Positions 19,364 to 30,471 of a stretch of 64,000 nt of DNA are shown here, one piece after another. Below the pieces are notes generated by a model. It had not been told where the DNA came from, searched no databases, and saw only the letters and a list, made by a program, of their open reading frames with translations. The DNA comes from Longimicrobiales bacterium (lineage in GTDB: Bacteria > Gemmatimonadota > Gemmatimonadetes > Longimicrobiales > Gaopeijiaceae), in NCBI GenBank assembly GCA_965202805.1, contig OZ241869.1, positions 3,808,001-3,872,000 on the forward strand, written 5' to 3'. Each line of letters opens with the position of its first letter. Position 1 is the stretch's first letter. A program made the translations under genes and the position numbers.

Positions 19364-20653
19364 TTGACACCCTTCGCAACGGCTCCATACCTTTCCCGGT
19401 TGACGCGCGAGCGCCTCTCGCGAATTCGGCGTGCGGTCTCCGAGCCGCGCGCGGTGACTGGAGTCTTCCCTCTTTCCGGGAGCCCGCCTTTGGATCAGTC
19501 GCTGGAGCGGGAGATTCGCAGGCTCTATTCCTGCTTCCACTCTCCGGAGGATCGACAGGGCCGTTCCTTCGTGCCCCTGGCGGATGCCTACAGGCGCGCG
19601 GGGGATCTGCTGCGGGCCAGGCTCCTGCTCGAAGAGGGTCTGCGGCGCCATCCGGGTTTCTCGAGTGCGCACGTGGTGGCGATGCGAATCGCCCGGGATG
19701 TTTCGGATCATGCGGAGACTCTGGCCGCAACCCGGCGCGTGCTCGAGCTCGATCCGGACAACGTGGAGGCACGGCAGGTCCTGGCCAGGGTCGGTCCGCT
19801 TGCCCGGGAGGACGGAAGTCCCGCGGTGTCCGGCGGCGATGGCGACGCCGAGCTCCCGGACGAGTCATGGATGGTCGGTGACGCGGGCGTATGGGCCGCC
19901 GGAACCGACAGCGGACTGGCCTCTGTGGATCCGGTCGCTCTGGAAGCGGAGGAGGAGCAGGCGGCCCTGGCGGAGGTTGGGGAAGATCCGCCGGCCGACG
20001 TGGAGGAGGAGCAGGCGGCCTTGGCGGATGCCGGCGAAGAGCCGCCGCCGACCGTGGAGGCCGGACAGGATCGGCACGCTGCACGCGAGGCCGAAGTGGA
20101 GGAAGCCGCGGCCGAAACCGAAGGACGGGCCGCTCCGGTATCGAAGAGGAGAGCGCCAGGAAGTACCCATTCAACCGGAATCCCGATCGCAATACCGGCC
20201 GACGCTTCCGACGCCGTAAGGGACGCGGGCATCTACACCCGCACCATGGGCCGGCTCTACGAACAACAGGGGCTCCACGCCCAGGCGATCGCGGTCTACG
20301 AGCGTCTCATCGAATCCGAGCCCGACGACGAAGCGCTGGTGAGCCGTCTGGAGCGCCTTCGCCGGCAACCCCGCGACGAAGCATCCGGCAGCGCGCCCGG
20401 GCAACGCGAACCGCACGGGGTGTCCTACGGGACCGAGTCGCCGCGCACGGGGGCGCCGCCGGACGATGAGCGTCCCGGAACCGCGGGCGACGAGCGCGTG
20501 AACGCGACCACGGAGCCGGAGGCGGCTCGAGGCAGTGTGGCGGCGACGATCCGGGGCGTCGACCCGGAGCCCGGTGGAGACCTGCCCGTCGTTCCGATCG
20601 AGTCGCTGGCGCCCGATGCGCCCATCGCCGGGGTACGCGAGGAGGTGCGGTGA
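19364..20653 (+). CDS. TPR protein with a long acidic linker (start uncertain)
   Basis: N-terminal TPRs (F.PLADAYRRAG..GLRRHP), C-terminal TRTMGRLYEQQG..A..VYE.L; GTGA overlap with aroQ. Confidence 0.75.
   Translation: MTPFATAPYLSRLTRERLSRIRRAVSEPRAVTGVFPLSGSPPLDQSLEREIRRLYSCFHSPEDRQGRSFVPLADAYRRAGDLLRARLLLEEGLRRHPGFSSAHVVAMRIARDVSDHAETLAATRRVLELDPDNVEARQVLARVGPLAREDGSPAVSGGDGDAELPDESWMVGDAGVWAAGTDSGLASVDPVALEAEEEQAALAEVGEDPPADVEEEQAALADAGEEPPPTVEAGQDRHAAREAEVEEAAAETEGRAAPVSKRRAPGSTHSTGIPIAIPADASDAVRDAGIYTRTMGRLYEQQGLHAQAIAVYERLIESEPDDEALVSRLERLRRQPRDEASGSAPGQREPHGVSYGTESPRTGAPPDDERPGTAGDERVNATTEPEAARGSVAATIRGVDPEPGGDLPVVPIESLAPDAPIAGVREEVR
19948..20059 (+). repeat. Imperfect 54-bp in-frame tandem repeat (about 2 copies)
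   Basis: GGAGGAGGAGCAGGCGGCC starts at 19948 and 20002; encodes EEEQAALAEVGEDPPADV / EEEQAALADAGEEPPPTV. Confidence 0.85.
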
Positions 20654-21087
20654 GGATCGCGGTCGTACACGGAGCCAACCTGCGAATGCTCGGGCGGCGC
20701 GAACCGGAGGTGTACGGTTCGGACACCCTCGAGGACATCAACGGGCGCCTGCGCACGACGGCGGACGAGCTGGGAGTGGAAATCGAGATCTTCCAGTCCA
20801 ATTCGGAAGGCGCCATTCTCGACTATCTGGAGGAAGCCGCGCCCCGGGTCGACGGGGTTATCATCAACCCGGGCGCGTTCACGCACACCAGCGTCGCCCT
20901 GCGGGACGCGCTCGCGGGCATCGACCGGCCCTTCGTCGAGGTGCATCTGTCGAATCCGGCCGCGCGCGAATCCTTCCGGCACCGGTCGTATCTGGCGCCC
21001 GTAGCCGCGGGCGTGGTCGCCGGTTTTCGCGCGGAAAGCTATCTTCTGGCCCTTCGAGGACTTCTGGCGCACCTGTCCCGGGATTGA
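20650..21087 (+). CDS. aroQ: Type II 3-dehydroquinate dehydratase
   Basis: GANLRMLGRREPEVYG, QSNSEG, INPGAFTHTS, EVHLSN..RESFR. Confidence 0.97.
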   Translation: MRIAVVHGANLRMLGRREPEVYGSDTLEDINGRLRTTADELGVEIEIFQSNSEGAILDYLEEAAPRVDGVIINPGAFTHTSVALRDALAGIDRPFVEVHLSNPAARESFRHRSYLAPVAAGVVAGFRAESYLLALRGLLAHLSRD

Positions 21088-21128
21088 TTCCGGCTCCGGT
21101 GCCCCGACGCAACGCATAACGAGGCTGC

Positions 21129-21695
21129 ATGGCCACTACAGCCGATTTTCGCAATGGCATGATCCTGGACATCGATGGTGTCCTGTGGGCGATCACCTAT
21201 TTTCAGCACGTCAAGCCGGGGAAGGGCGGCGCGTTCGTGCGCACGAAGCTCAAGAACGTGCTGGCCGGCCACGTGGTCGAGAAGACCTTCCGGGCGGGGG
21301 AGCGGGTCACCGGCGTTCGGCTGGAGCGCCGTCCCATGCAATACAGCTACACCGACGGCGAGTTCTTCCACTTCATGGACCTCCGCACCTACGACATGCA
21401 TCCCGTCTCGGGAAGCATGGTCGGGGAGGAGCAGCTGAAGTACCTGAAGGAGAACATGGAATGCGAAGTGCTGGTCCACGACGAGGCCGCCATTGCCGTG
21501 GAACTCCCCGCCTTCGTCGAGCTCGAGGTGACGGGCACGGAGCCCGGCCTGCGGGGCGATACCGCCCAGGGCGGCACCAAGCCGGCCACCCTCGAGACCG
21601 GTGCGGTGGTTCAGGTTCCCCTCTTCGTGGAGGAAGGTGACGTGCTCAGGGTGGATCGCAGGGAGGACAAGTACTTGACCCGGGTGACGTCATGA
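21129..21695 (+). CDS. efp: Elongation factor P (Lys-type KPGKG loop)
   Basis: [27 protein letters not shown]. Confidence 0.98.
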   Translation: MATTADFRNGMILDIDGVLWAITYFQHVKPGKGGAFVRTKLKNVLAGHVVEKTFRAGERVTGVRLERRPMQYSYTDGEFFHFMDLRTYDMHPVSGSMVGEEQLKYLKENMECEVLVHDEAAIAVELPAFVELEVTGTEPGLRGDTAQGGTKPATLETGAVVQVPLFVEEGDVLRVDRREDKYLTRVTS

Positions 21696-22177
21696 TCGAC
21701 GCCGAGTTCGTCGAGCGCCTCATCCGAGCGGTCGATGAGAGCGGCATCGACACCGTCGAAATCCGCCGCGGCGCCACGCGCGTGCGGATCAGCAAGACGC
21801 CCCCGCCGGCCCCCGTGCGAACCGAGGCCGCCGGAGCGGCTGCGGGGACAGTCGAATCGCCGGCCTCCGCGGACCGTGCCTCGGCGGAACCGGCGGCTGG
21901 GGGCGGCTCGGCAGGGGATGAACAGCCGGCCACGAACCTGATCGAGATCAAGTCGCCGATGGTGGGAACCTTCTACCGCGCCGGCGCCCCGGGCGCGCCG
22001 CCGTACGTCGACACCGGGCAGCGAATCTCCGAGGGGGACACGCTCTGCATCATCGAGGCGATGAAGCTCATGAACGAGTTCGAGAGCGAAATCAGCGGGA
22101 CCATCGAGGAGATTCCGGTGGAGGACGGCGAGCCTGTGGAGTACGGGCAGGTACTATTCAGGGTGGCGCCGGTCTGA
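21692..22177 (+). CDS. accB: Biotin carboxyl carrier protein
   Basis: [16 protein letters not shown] biotinyl-Lys motif. Confidence 0.97.
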   Translation: MIDAEFVERLIRAVDESGIDTVEIRRGATRVRISKTPPPAPVRTEAAGAAAGTVESPASADRASAEPAAGGGSAGDEQPATNLIEIKSPMVGTFYRAGAPGAPPYVDTGQRISEGDTLCIIEAMKLMNEFESEISGTIEEIPVEDGEPVEYGQVLFRVAPV

Positions 22178-22246
22178 GCGGGCCGCGCCCTTTCGACGGG
22201 CGTTCCACGGGTCCGTCCCGACGCGCGCGTTGCGGGAGCGTCACGG

Positions 22247-23596
22247 GTGTTCTCTAAGGTACTGATCGCCAACCGGGGCGAGATCGCGCTCCGAATCATC
22301 CGCGCGTGCCACGAGCTGGGCGTCGAGGCGGTGGCGGTTTTCTCCGAGGCGGACCGGGACTCGCTGCATGTGCGCTTCGCGGATGAGGCGGTGTGCATCG
22401 GACCGCCGCCGGTGGCGGAGAGCTACCTGAACATCCCGCGGATCATCGCCGCCGCGGAGATTACGGGCGCCGAGGCGATCCATCCCGGGTACGGGCTGCT
22501 CGCCGAGAACGCGGAGTTCTCCGAGATCTGCGACGCGTCCGGCATCACCTTCATCGGCCCGACCGCAGCCCAGATTCGGGCCATGGGTGACAAGGTCGTT
22601 GCGCGCGAGACGATGATGGAGATCGGCGTGCCCACCGTGCCGGGTTCGGCGAAGGCGCTGAGCAGCGTGCGCGAAGCCCTCCGGCTCGCGGACGAGATCG
22701 CGTACCCGGTGATGGTCAAGGCCGCGGCGGGCGGCGGCGGCAAGGGGATGCGCATCGCGCGCGGCGCCGGCGAGCTGGAGCGGGTCTTCGGTTCCACCCG
22801 GATGGAGGCGCAGGCGGCGTTCGGCGACTCCTCGGTATATCTGGAGAAGCTCATCGAACGGCCTCGCCACGTTGAAATTCAGGTCTTCGGGGACAGGCAC
22901 GGCAGAGTGGTGCATCTGGGCGAACGGGACTGCTCCGTGCAAAGGCGCCATCAGAAGCTGATCGAGGAAGCGCCCGCCCATGGCCTGTCGCCCGAATTGC
23001 GCGAGGAAATGGGCCGCGCCGCCGTGCGGGGCGCCGCCGGCATCGAATACGCCGGCGCGGGTACGGTGGAGTTCCTCCTGGACCCGACGGGGGCGTTCTA
23101 CTTCATCGAGATGAATACCCGCATCCAGGTCGAGCATCCGGTCACGGAGGTGACGACCGGTCTGGATCTGGTCAAGGAGCAGATCCGGGTAGCGTTCGGA
23201 GCCCCGCTCTCGTTTCCGCCCGAGCCCGCCAGCCACCGGGGCCACGCCATCGAGTTCCGGGTCAACGCCGAGGATCCGGAGCGGGACTTCATGCCGGCGC
23301 CCGGACGGATCGACGTCTTCCACCCGCCCGCGGGCCCCGGGATTCGTCTTGACACGCACGTCTACGCCGGCTACACGGTCCCTCGCTACTACGATTCGCT
23401 GCTGGCCAAGGTCATCGTCAGCGCGGCCACCCGCCGGGAGGCGATCGACCGGGCCCGCCACAGCCTCGACCACTTCGTGGTGGGCGGCGTGCCCACGACG
23501 CTGAGCTTCCTCTCTCGCATCCTGCGGGATCCGCGCTTTGTGACGGGAGCGGTCGACACCAGCCTGGTGGACCGCCTGATGAGCGAGGGGGCGTAG
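22247..23596 (+). CDS. accC: Biotin carboxylase
   Basis: ANRGEIA, HPGYG, GGGGKGM, ERDCSVQRRHQK, EMNTRIQVEH. Confidence 0.98.
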   Translation: MFSKVLIANRGEIALRIIRACHELGVEAVAVFSEADRDSLHVRFADEAVCIGPPPVAESYLNIPRIIAAAEITGAEAIHPGYGLLAENAEFSEICDASGITFIGPTAAQIRAMGDKVVARETMMEIGVPTVPGSAKALSSVREALRLADEIAYPVMVKAAAGGGGKGMRIARGAGELERVFGSTRMEAQAAFGDSSVYLEKLIERPRHVEIQVFGDRHGRVVHLGERDCSVQRRHQKLIEEAPAHGLSPELREEMGRAAVRGAAGIEYAGAGTVEFLLDPTGAFYFIEMNTRIQVEHPVTEVTTGLDLVKEQIRVAFGAPLSFPPEPASHRGHAIEFRVNAEDPERDFMPAPGRIDVFHPPAGPGIRLDTHVYAGYTVPRYYDSLLAKVIVSAATRREAIDRARHSLDHFVVGGVPTTLSFLSRILRDPRFVTGAVDTSLVDRLMSEGA

Positions 23597-23599
23597 GCG

Positions 23600-26038
23600 A
23601 TGGCGGCGCGCAGGAAGCCGAAGGGACGGGCTCGCGGCAAGGCGCCGGTGCGTGGGGACGGGGCGGACGGCGGAGAAGGCGCCTTTCTCTCCCGGAGCCA
23701 GCAGTCCGACATCCTGGCGCTGGCCCTGGTGGTTCTGGCGCTCTTCGTGCTGCTGGCGCTCCTGCCCGTATCGGTTCTGGGGGCGCGCGCCGAGGCGTGG
23801 TTCCCTTCGGGGAACGCGATCGGCGTGCTCGGGGCCAGGTTCCGGGAAGCGGCGGCCGCGGCGCTGGGCGCGGCAGCATTGGGGCTCCCGGTCCTCCTGA
23901 CCCTCGGAGGGCTGCGCGCGGGCGCCTGGACGACGACCCGCACGGCCGTGCGGGCGGCGATCCTGACGGCCGGCCTGGCGCTGATCGCCTCCTGCGTCGC
24001 ATCGCTGCTGGGGAGCGCCGGCGGTTCGGGATGGCTGGGGTCGGTCGTGGCCGGCACGCTCAGCTCGGCCATCGGCTGGCTGGGGACGACGCTGCTGCTC
24101 GCGGCCTTCCTGATCGGGCTCATGGTGGCCACTCTGGACTGGAACCCGCTCCGCTGGCTGGAACGCGGCGTCAGGTCGCTGGGGCCTGCCCTCAGGTCGC
24201 TGGGGCGTGCCCTCATGTCGGCCTGGTCCGCGGTCGATCTGTCCCGGAGCGTGCCCGTGCGGCCGCGGCTGGCGGCGAGGAAGGACGGGGACGGCCAGGG
24301 GACGCGTGTCCCGCGCGGCAGGGAACGGGGCATTCCCGAGGATGTCGCGGCGGTCCTTGATGGGGCCGTGGGGGAGCTCGAGGACGCAGCCGCGGCGTCC
24401 GGCCCGGCAGGCGAGATGCCCCCGGAACCGCCGCCCGAGCCGGCCGGGGCCGGTACGGAAGCCTCGTCGCCGGCGGAGACCCCGGAAGAGCAACCGGCGG
24501 AAGACCCGTCCGGCGTGGCGTTGCCGTCGATCGATCTGCTGGATGCCCCGGAGCCGAAGGACCCCTTCCGCATGGAACTCGAACTCTCGCGGCTGGGCGA
24601 AATCCTGGTGGAGAAACTGCGCTCGTTCGGCGTAGAGAGCCGAATCGGGGGCCGCACCACCGGGCCGGTCGTGACCCAGTTCGAGGTGGTGCCCGCGCCG
24701 GGGGTCAAGGTCAACCGCATCGCCAACCTCGAGGCCGACCTCGCGCTGGCCATGAAGGCGAGGAGCATCCGCATCGTCGCCCCGATCCCCGGAAAGGGGG
24801 CGGTCGGCGTTGAAATCCCCAATCCCGCGCCGGAAATCGTCTATCTGCGGGACATCCTCGATTCCACCGCGTTCCAGTCGTCGAAGGCGGCGCTGCCCCT
24901 TGCCCTGGGCAAGGATCTGACGGGACGCCCCTACGTTTCCGACCTGGCGCGCATGCCCCACGTGCTGATCGCGGGCGCCACCGGATCGGGAAAGTCGGTT
25001 TGCCTGAACGCGTTCATCACCAGCCTCGTCTACTCCCACTCGCCCGAGTCGCTTCGGCTGCTGATGGTCGATCCCAAGATGGTCGAGCTGTCGGTGTACG
25101 CCGATCTTCCCCACCTGCGGCATCCGGTGGTGACCGATCCGGCCGACGCCGCGAGCGTCCTGAAATGGGCGGTGCTGGAGATGGAGCGCCGTTACGCGCT
25201 GCTCTCGGCGAACCAGGCGCGCTCGCTGGGAGAGTTCAACCGGATGGTGCGTGATGGTCGGCCGCTGCGCCATCCGCCTCGCCCGCCCGCGCCCGGCGAG
25301 GAACCGGGGGACGAACCCTTCGAGGAGGGCATCCTCCCCTTCGTGGTGGTGATCATCGACGAGCTCGCCGATCTGATGATGACGGTTCAGGGAGAGGTCG
25401 AACGCCCCCTGACGATGCTCGCCCAGAAGGCGCGTGCGATCGGCATCCACCTGATGGTGGCGACCCAGCGCCCCAGCGTGAACGTCATCACCGGGCTCAT
25501 CAAGGCCAACTTCCCGTGCCGCATCGCCTTCCGGGTGGCATCCAAGACCGACTCGCGCACCATCCTGGACCAGAACGGCGCGGATGCGCTGCTGGGCAAC
25601 GGCGACATGCTGTTCCTGCCGCCGGGCCAGAGCGAGCCCGTGCGCATTCAGGGCGCCTTCGTGCCGGGATCGGATACGAACCGGCTCACGGGCTGGTTCC
25701 GCGAGCTGGTGCGCCGCTGGGAGGACGCGGGCGAAATGCCGGACTTCGCGGGAGAGGAGGACATCCTGGCCACGGTTCGCAGCCGGGAAGGGGAGAGCGA
25801 CGCCGGGGAGGAGGACGGGCCGGCGGAGCGCGACGACCTCTTCTTCGCCGCGGCCGAAGTGTGCGTCCGGCAGAATCAGGGCTCGACTTCCCTTCTGCAG
25901 CGCAAGCTGCGCATCGGCTACGGCCGCGCGGCGCGCGTGGTGGACCAGCTGCACGAGGCGGGCGTGCTGGGTGCCCCCGACGGCTCCAGGCCCCGCGAAG
26001 TACTCATGGGGCTGGACGAGATCGAGTCGCTGCGCTAG
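23600..26038 (+). CDS. ftsK: DNA translocase FtsK
   Basis: N-terminal TMs, AGATGSGKS, IIDELADLM, ATQRPS, gamma domain LQRKLRIGYGRAAR. Confidence 0.97.
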   Translation: MAARRKPKGRARGKAPVRGDGADGGEGAFLSRSQQSDILALALVVLALFVLLALLPVSVLGARAEAWFPSGNAIGVLGARFREAAAAALGAAALGLPVLLTLGGLRAGAWTTTRTAVRAAILTAGLALIASCVASLLGSAGGSGWLGSVVAGTLSSAIGWLGTTLLLAAFLIGLMVATLDWNPLRWLERGVRSLGPALRSLGRALMSAWSAVDLSRSVPVRPRLAARKDGDGQGTRVPRGRERGIPEDVAAVLDGAVGELEDAAAASGPAGEMPPEPPPEPAGAGTEASSPAETPEEQPAEDPSGVALPSIDLLDAPEPKDPFRMELELSRLGEILVEKLRSFGVESRIGGRTTGPVVTQFEVVPAPGVKVNRIANLEADLALAMKARSIRIVAPIPGKGAVGVEIPNPAPEIVYLRDILDSTAFQSSKAALPLALGKDLTGRPYVSDLARMPHVLIAGATGSGKSVCLNAFITSLVYSHSPESLRLLMVDPKMVELSVYADLPHLRHPVVTDPADAASVLKWAVLEMERRYALLSANQARSLGEFNRMVRDGRPLRHPPRPPAPGEEPGDEPFEEGILPFVVVIIDELADLMMTVQGEVERPLTMLAQKARAIGIHLMVATQRPSVNVITGLIKANFPCRIAFRVASKTDSRTILDQNGADALLGNGDMLFLPPGQSEPVRIQGAFVPGSDTNRLTGWFRELVRRWEDAGEMPDFAGEEDILATVRSREGESDAGEEDGPAERDDLFFAAAEVCVRQNQGSTSLLQRKLRIGYGRAARVVDQLHEAGVLGAPDGSRPREVLMGLDEIESLR

Positions 26039-26110
26039 CCGTGCGGGCCACGGGCTGACGGCAGCCTGCCATGCCGGAACGGCCGGGCTCGCCTGCGGGT
26101 ATGGCGTGCC

Positions 26111-26779
26111 ATGAAAAGCACGTCCTTCGGCCTTCTGGCGATCCTCTGCGCGGCTGTCGGTCCGGGCGCCGCCTTCGCCATGCAGGAGGTCGCGGATCCG
26201 GTGGCCATCCTCGAAACTGCTTCCGGCGAGTATTCCGCGTTGACGGGGTTCTGCGCCGACTTCCGGCAGACCCTGACGTCGCCCCTTCTGAACCAGGTGA
26301 CCCGTTCCCGGGGGCGCATGTGCCAGCAGCAGCCCGACCGCTTCTCGATGCGGTTCACCGACCCCGAGGGCGACCTGGTGATCGCCGACGGGGAGTGGCT
26401 GTGGGTCTACTTCCCGAGCAGCGACGCCGGCCAGGTGATTCGCTCGCCCATGACCTCCGGGGGACGGGGCGGCTTCGACTTCCACCGCGAGTTCCTCTCG
26501 GATCCCGGGACCCGTTACGCCCCGGCGTATCTGCGCGGCGAGGAACTCGACGGCGCGGCTACCCACGTCATCCGGCTGATTCCGCGCCAGCCGTCCGCCT
26601 ATCGCGAGGCGCGGGTGTGGATCGATGAGTACACATGGTTCATCCGCCGTGCCGAAATCGAGGAGGAAAACGGCAACCTGCGCGAGGTGCAGCTGGCCGG
26701 CTTCGATCCGAACCCCCAACTGGGGACCGGTGCCTTTCTCTTCACGCCGCCCCGGGGCGTCCAGGTCATCACGCGATGA
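26111..26779 (+). CDS. lolA: Outer-membrane lipoprotein carrier LolA
   Basis: Signal peptide, ADFRQ, QPDRF, VIADGEWLWVY, FTPPRGV; follows ftsK. Confidence 0.9.
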   Translation: MKSTSFGLLAILCAAVGPGAAFAMQEVADPVAILETASGEYSALTGFCADFRQTLTSPLLNQVTRSRGRMCQQQPDRFSMRFTDPEGDLVIADGEWLWVYFPSSDAGQVIRSPMTSGGRGGFDFHREFLSDPGTRYAPAYLRGEELDGAATHVIRLIPRQPSAYREARVWIDEYTWFIRRAEIEEENGNLREVQLAGFDPNPQLGTGAFLFTPPRGVQVITR

Positions 26780-26822
26780 GGATCCGGCGCCGGACGGGTG
26801 ACGGGGTCCCTGTCAGGACGGC

Positions 26823-27521
26823 ATGAGAGGGGCCGCGTTCGTCCTGCCGGTCTTCCTGGCCGGGGCCCAGGCGGCCGTTCCGGCGGCCGCGCAGGAGCTC
26901 GCGGACTTCGACTATGAACATCTGAGCCTGCGGGGCATCGGTTTCGAAGCCGGGTATCTCCCCGGGTACAGGATCCACGGGGTGCGCGGGGAGACGCAGA
27001 GCTGGGGTGCGCGGCTCGACCTCGGATACCTGGGGCCGGGGCTCCGCATCTCGCCTTCGGCGACCTACTGGTCGTCGGAGCTGGAGACCGGGGAGGTGTC
27101 CCGCCTTGAGACCCGCCTCGAGCAGCTGATCGCGAGAGAGGTGGGGGGCGCCGGACCCGGGGGCGGATCCGAAATCGACCTCGGCACGATCACGTGGACC
27201 GATCTGGTGGTTGGCCTCGACGCCCATGTCGTCTGGAACGTGCCCTTCGGATGGCTCGGCTTTCTCGGGCTGGGCGCCTCGGTGCACGTTCTCGACGGAC
27301 AGGGCGAAGCGATCGACGACACCTTCGTCGAGGACCTTCTGGACACGGTGCGCCCGGGGATGAATGTGCATCTGGGGCTCGAGTATCCGCTCTGGACATG
27401 GTCCCGGCTGTATTGGCACGGCCGCTACGAGGTGACCGACGACCTGCGCTACTTCAACGTCCGGGGCGGGCTGCAGATCATGTTCGGCGGCACGGCTCCC
27501 GGGGAGATGGAACCCCGCTGA
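26823..27521 (+). CDS. Hypothetical exported protein, probable small OM beta-barrel
   Basis: Signal peptide (AAAQ), alternating hydrophobic/Gly beta strands, C-terminal GGLQIMF. Confidence 0.6.
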   Translation: MRGAAFVLPVFLAGAQAAVPAAAQELADFDYEHLSLRGIGFEAGYLPGYRIHGVRGETQSWGARLDLGYLGPGLRISPSATYWSSELETGEVSRLETRLEQLIAREVGGAGPGGGSEIDLGTITWTDLVVGLDAHVVWNVPFGWLGFLGLGASVHVLDGQGEAIDDTFVEDLLDTVRPGMNVHLGLEYPLWTWSRLYWHGRYEVTDDLRYFNVRGGLQIMFGGTAPGEMEPR

Positions 27522-27554
27522 GACCGGTTCCGGGCGGCTGCGGACGTTCGCGCG

Positions 27555-29237
27555 GTGGCTGACTCCCGGAGGGGAGGAGCGGGCCTGAAGGGCATCGGGG
27601 TCTTCTTCGGCCTGAACGGGCGGGAATGGTGGCTGGCGTCGGCCTCCGCCGTCCTGCTCTTCGCGGCCTTCCCCCCGATTCACCTGGTCGCGCCTTCCCT
27701 CCTGGCGCTGGTCCCGCTGTCGGTCGCGGTGCGGGAGGCGCGCACGCCACGTCGAGCGGCGCGCGTCGGCTTCGTGTTCGGTTTGCTGCACTACGGTCTG
27801 CTGCTGCACTGGATGGTCCCCGCGCTCGCGCGGCTGACGGCGACGGCGCCCCTGATCTTCGCCACGGCCGTGATGCTGCTCGCGCTGTCGCAGGCGCTGG
27901 CGTGCTGGATGCTCGGCCTCCTCCGGCGAAGCTGCCGGGTTCCGCTCTGGTGCGCGCTGCCCCTGGTGTGGACGACCGTGGAGTGGGGGATCGCGCGCGC
28001 CCCGGGGACGCTGGCCTATCCCTGGCTGGGGTTGGGCACCTCGCTCACGGGATACCCGGAGCTGGTCGGAATGGCCGAGCTGGCCGGGGCGCGCGGGGTG
28101 ACGTTCTGGCTGGCGCTGGTGAACGGCCTGGTCGCCGAGGCCGTGGTGGCCGGCCGGGGTGCGCGGAATCGGACGCCGGAGAGGCATCCCGCGGCCCCCG
28201 TACGGCCGCCGGCGGGGACGCACGAGGGCACGTCCGGGCGTTTGTGGCACCGGGGTGCGCGACGGCTGCGGGATGCAGTCGGATCCGCCCGCCCGTGGCT
28301 GGCGGCCGCCCTGGTCGTCGCGGCCGTCCCCGCCGCCTGGGGGGTCTGGCGCGCCCGCCACCTGGAGCTGCGGCCCGGCCCGGTGGTGGCCACCGTTCGC
28401 ACCACCCTGCGCGCCGGGCCGGGCGAAGCGGTCTCCGACCCGGAGGCGCTCGCCGCCGTGGACGCACTGCTGGCGACCGAGGCGGCCGGGGCGCCCGCGC
28501 CGTCCGTGGTGGTGCTCCCGGAGGGCACCTTCCGGGACGGGCTGGACCAGCCGGACCTGGTCGCGGGGCTGGCGGACCTGTCCCGCCGGATGGGAGCGCC
28601 CGTCCTGTTCGGGGTTGTGCGCGTGGCGGCGCCGGGGACGGGGCGATACAACTCGGCGGCCCTGGCCGGCCCGACCGGGCTGCTGGGCGATCCCTACGAC
28701 AAGCGCCGCCTGGTGCCGTGGGTCGAGCGGATGCCGCTTGCGGGCGTCCTCCCGCGGGAGGCGGGCGGGAGTCCGTTGCACGCGGGCGCGGAATGGACCG
28801 TGTTCGACGCGGCCGGCCATCGCCTGGGCGTGCTCATCTGCTACGAGGCCGCGTTCGCCGGCGCCGCCCGGACGCTCCGCCGCGCGGGGGCCCGGGTGCT
28901 GCTCAACATCACCAACGACGCCTGGTTTGGGCACGCGGGCGCCTTCGCGATCGCGCAGCAGGAGGCGCACCTGGTGATGCGCGCCATCGAGACGCGCACC
29001 GGGGTCGTGCGCGCGGCCAATCTCGGTCCCGCGGGGTTCGTCGATCCCGTCGGCCGGGTGCGCGCCCGGGTCGGTGGCCCGGGCGCGGGGGTGGCGACCG
29101 CGCGGGTGGATGCGGCCGCGGCGCCCACTTGGTACGTGCGCATCGGGGATGTGGCAGGGCCGGGGGCCGCGGCCGTTCTGTTCCTGCTGCTCCTGTTCGC
29201 CCGCTCCCGCCGTCCTCCGCCCGCAACAGGCCATTGA
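27555..29237 (+). CDS. lnt: Apolipoprotein N-acyltransferase
   Basis: TM region with YPW..LG, nitrilase triad LPEG / YDKRRLVP / [18 protein letters not shown]. Confidence 0.93.
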   Translation: MADSRRGGAGLKGIGVFFGLNGREWWLASASAVLLFAAFPPIHLVAPSLLALVPLSVAVREARTPRRAARVGFVFGLLHYGLLLHWMVPALARLTATAPLIFATAVMLLALSQALACWMLGLLRRSCRVPLWCALPLVWTTVEWGIARAPGTLAYPWLGLGTSLTGYPELVGMAELAGARGVTFWLALVNGLVAEAVVAGRGARNRTPERHPAAPVRPPAGTHEGTSGRLWHRGARRLRDAVGSARPWLAAALVVAAVPAAWGVWRARHLELRPGPVVATVRTTLRAGPGEAVSDPEALAAVDALLATEAAGAPAPSVVVLPEGTFRDGLDQPDLVAGLADLSRRMGAPVLFGVVRVAAPGTGRYNSAALAGPTGLLGDPYDKRRLVPWVERMPLAGVLPREAGGSPLHAGAEWTVFDAAGHRLGVLICYEAAFAGAARTLRRAGARVLLNITNDAWFGHAGAFAIAQQEAHLVMRAIETRTGVVRAANLGPAGFVDPVGRVRARVGGPGAGVATARVDAAAAPTWYVRIGDVAGPGAAAVLFLLLLFARSRRPPPATGH

Positions 29238-29262
29238 ACGGCCTTCGGGCCAAATCTATACT
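29234..29262 (+). promoter_or_regulatory. sigma70-type promoter for prfA-prmC
   Basis: TTGAAC-N17-TATACT, overlapping the lnt stop codon. Confidence 0.6.
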
Positions 29263-29355
29263 ACGGGCTCCCGCCCCCGACCGGCCGCGCATCGCTCCCC
29301 GCGGCCCGGCCGGGCCTTCACCCATCCCGAAGGGACGACCCGGGCATCGGCGCGC

Positions 29356-30467
<1,112 letters not shown>

Positions 30468-30471
<4 letters not shown>

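Noticed and set aside
22241..26719. 1492-aa minus-strand ORF
   Set aside because: Antisense shadow of accC-ftsK-lolA, expected from high-GC codon bias; no recognisable motifs.
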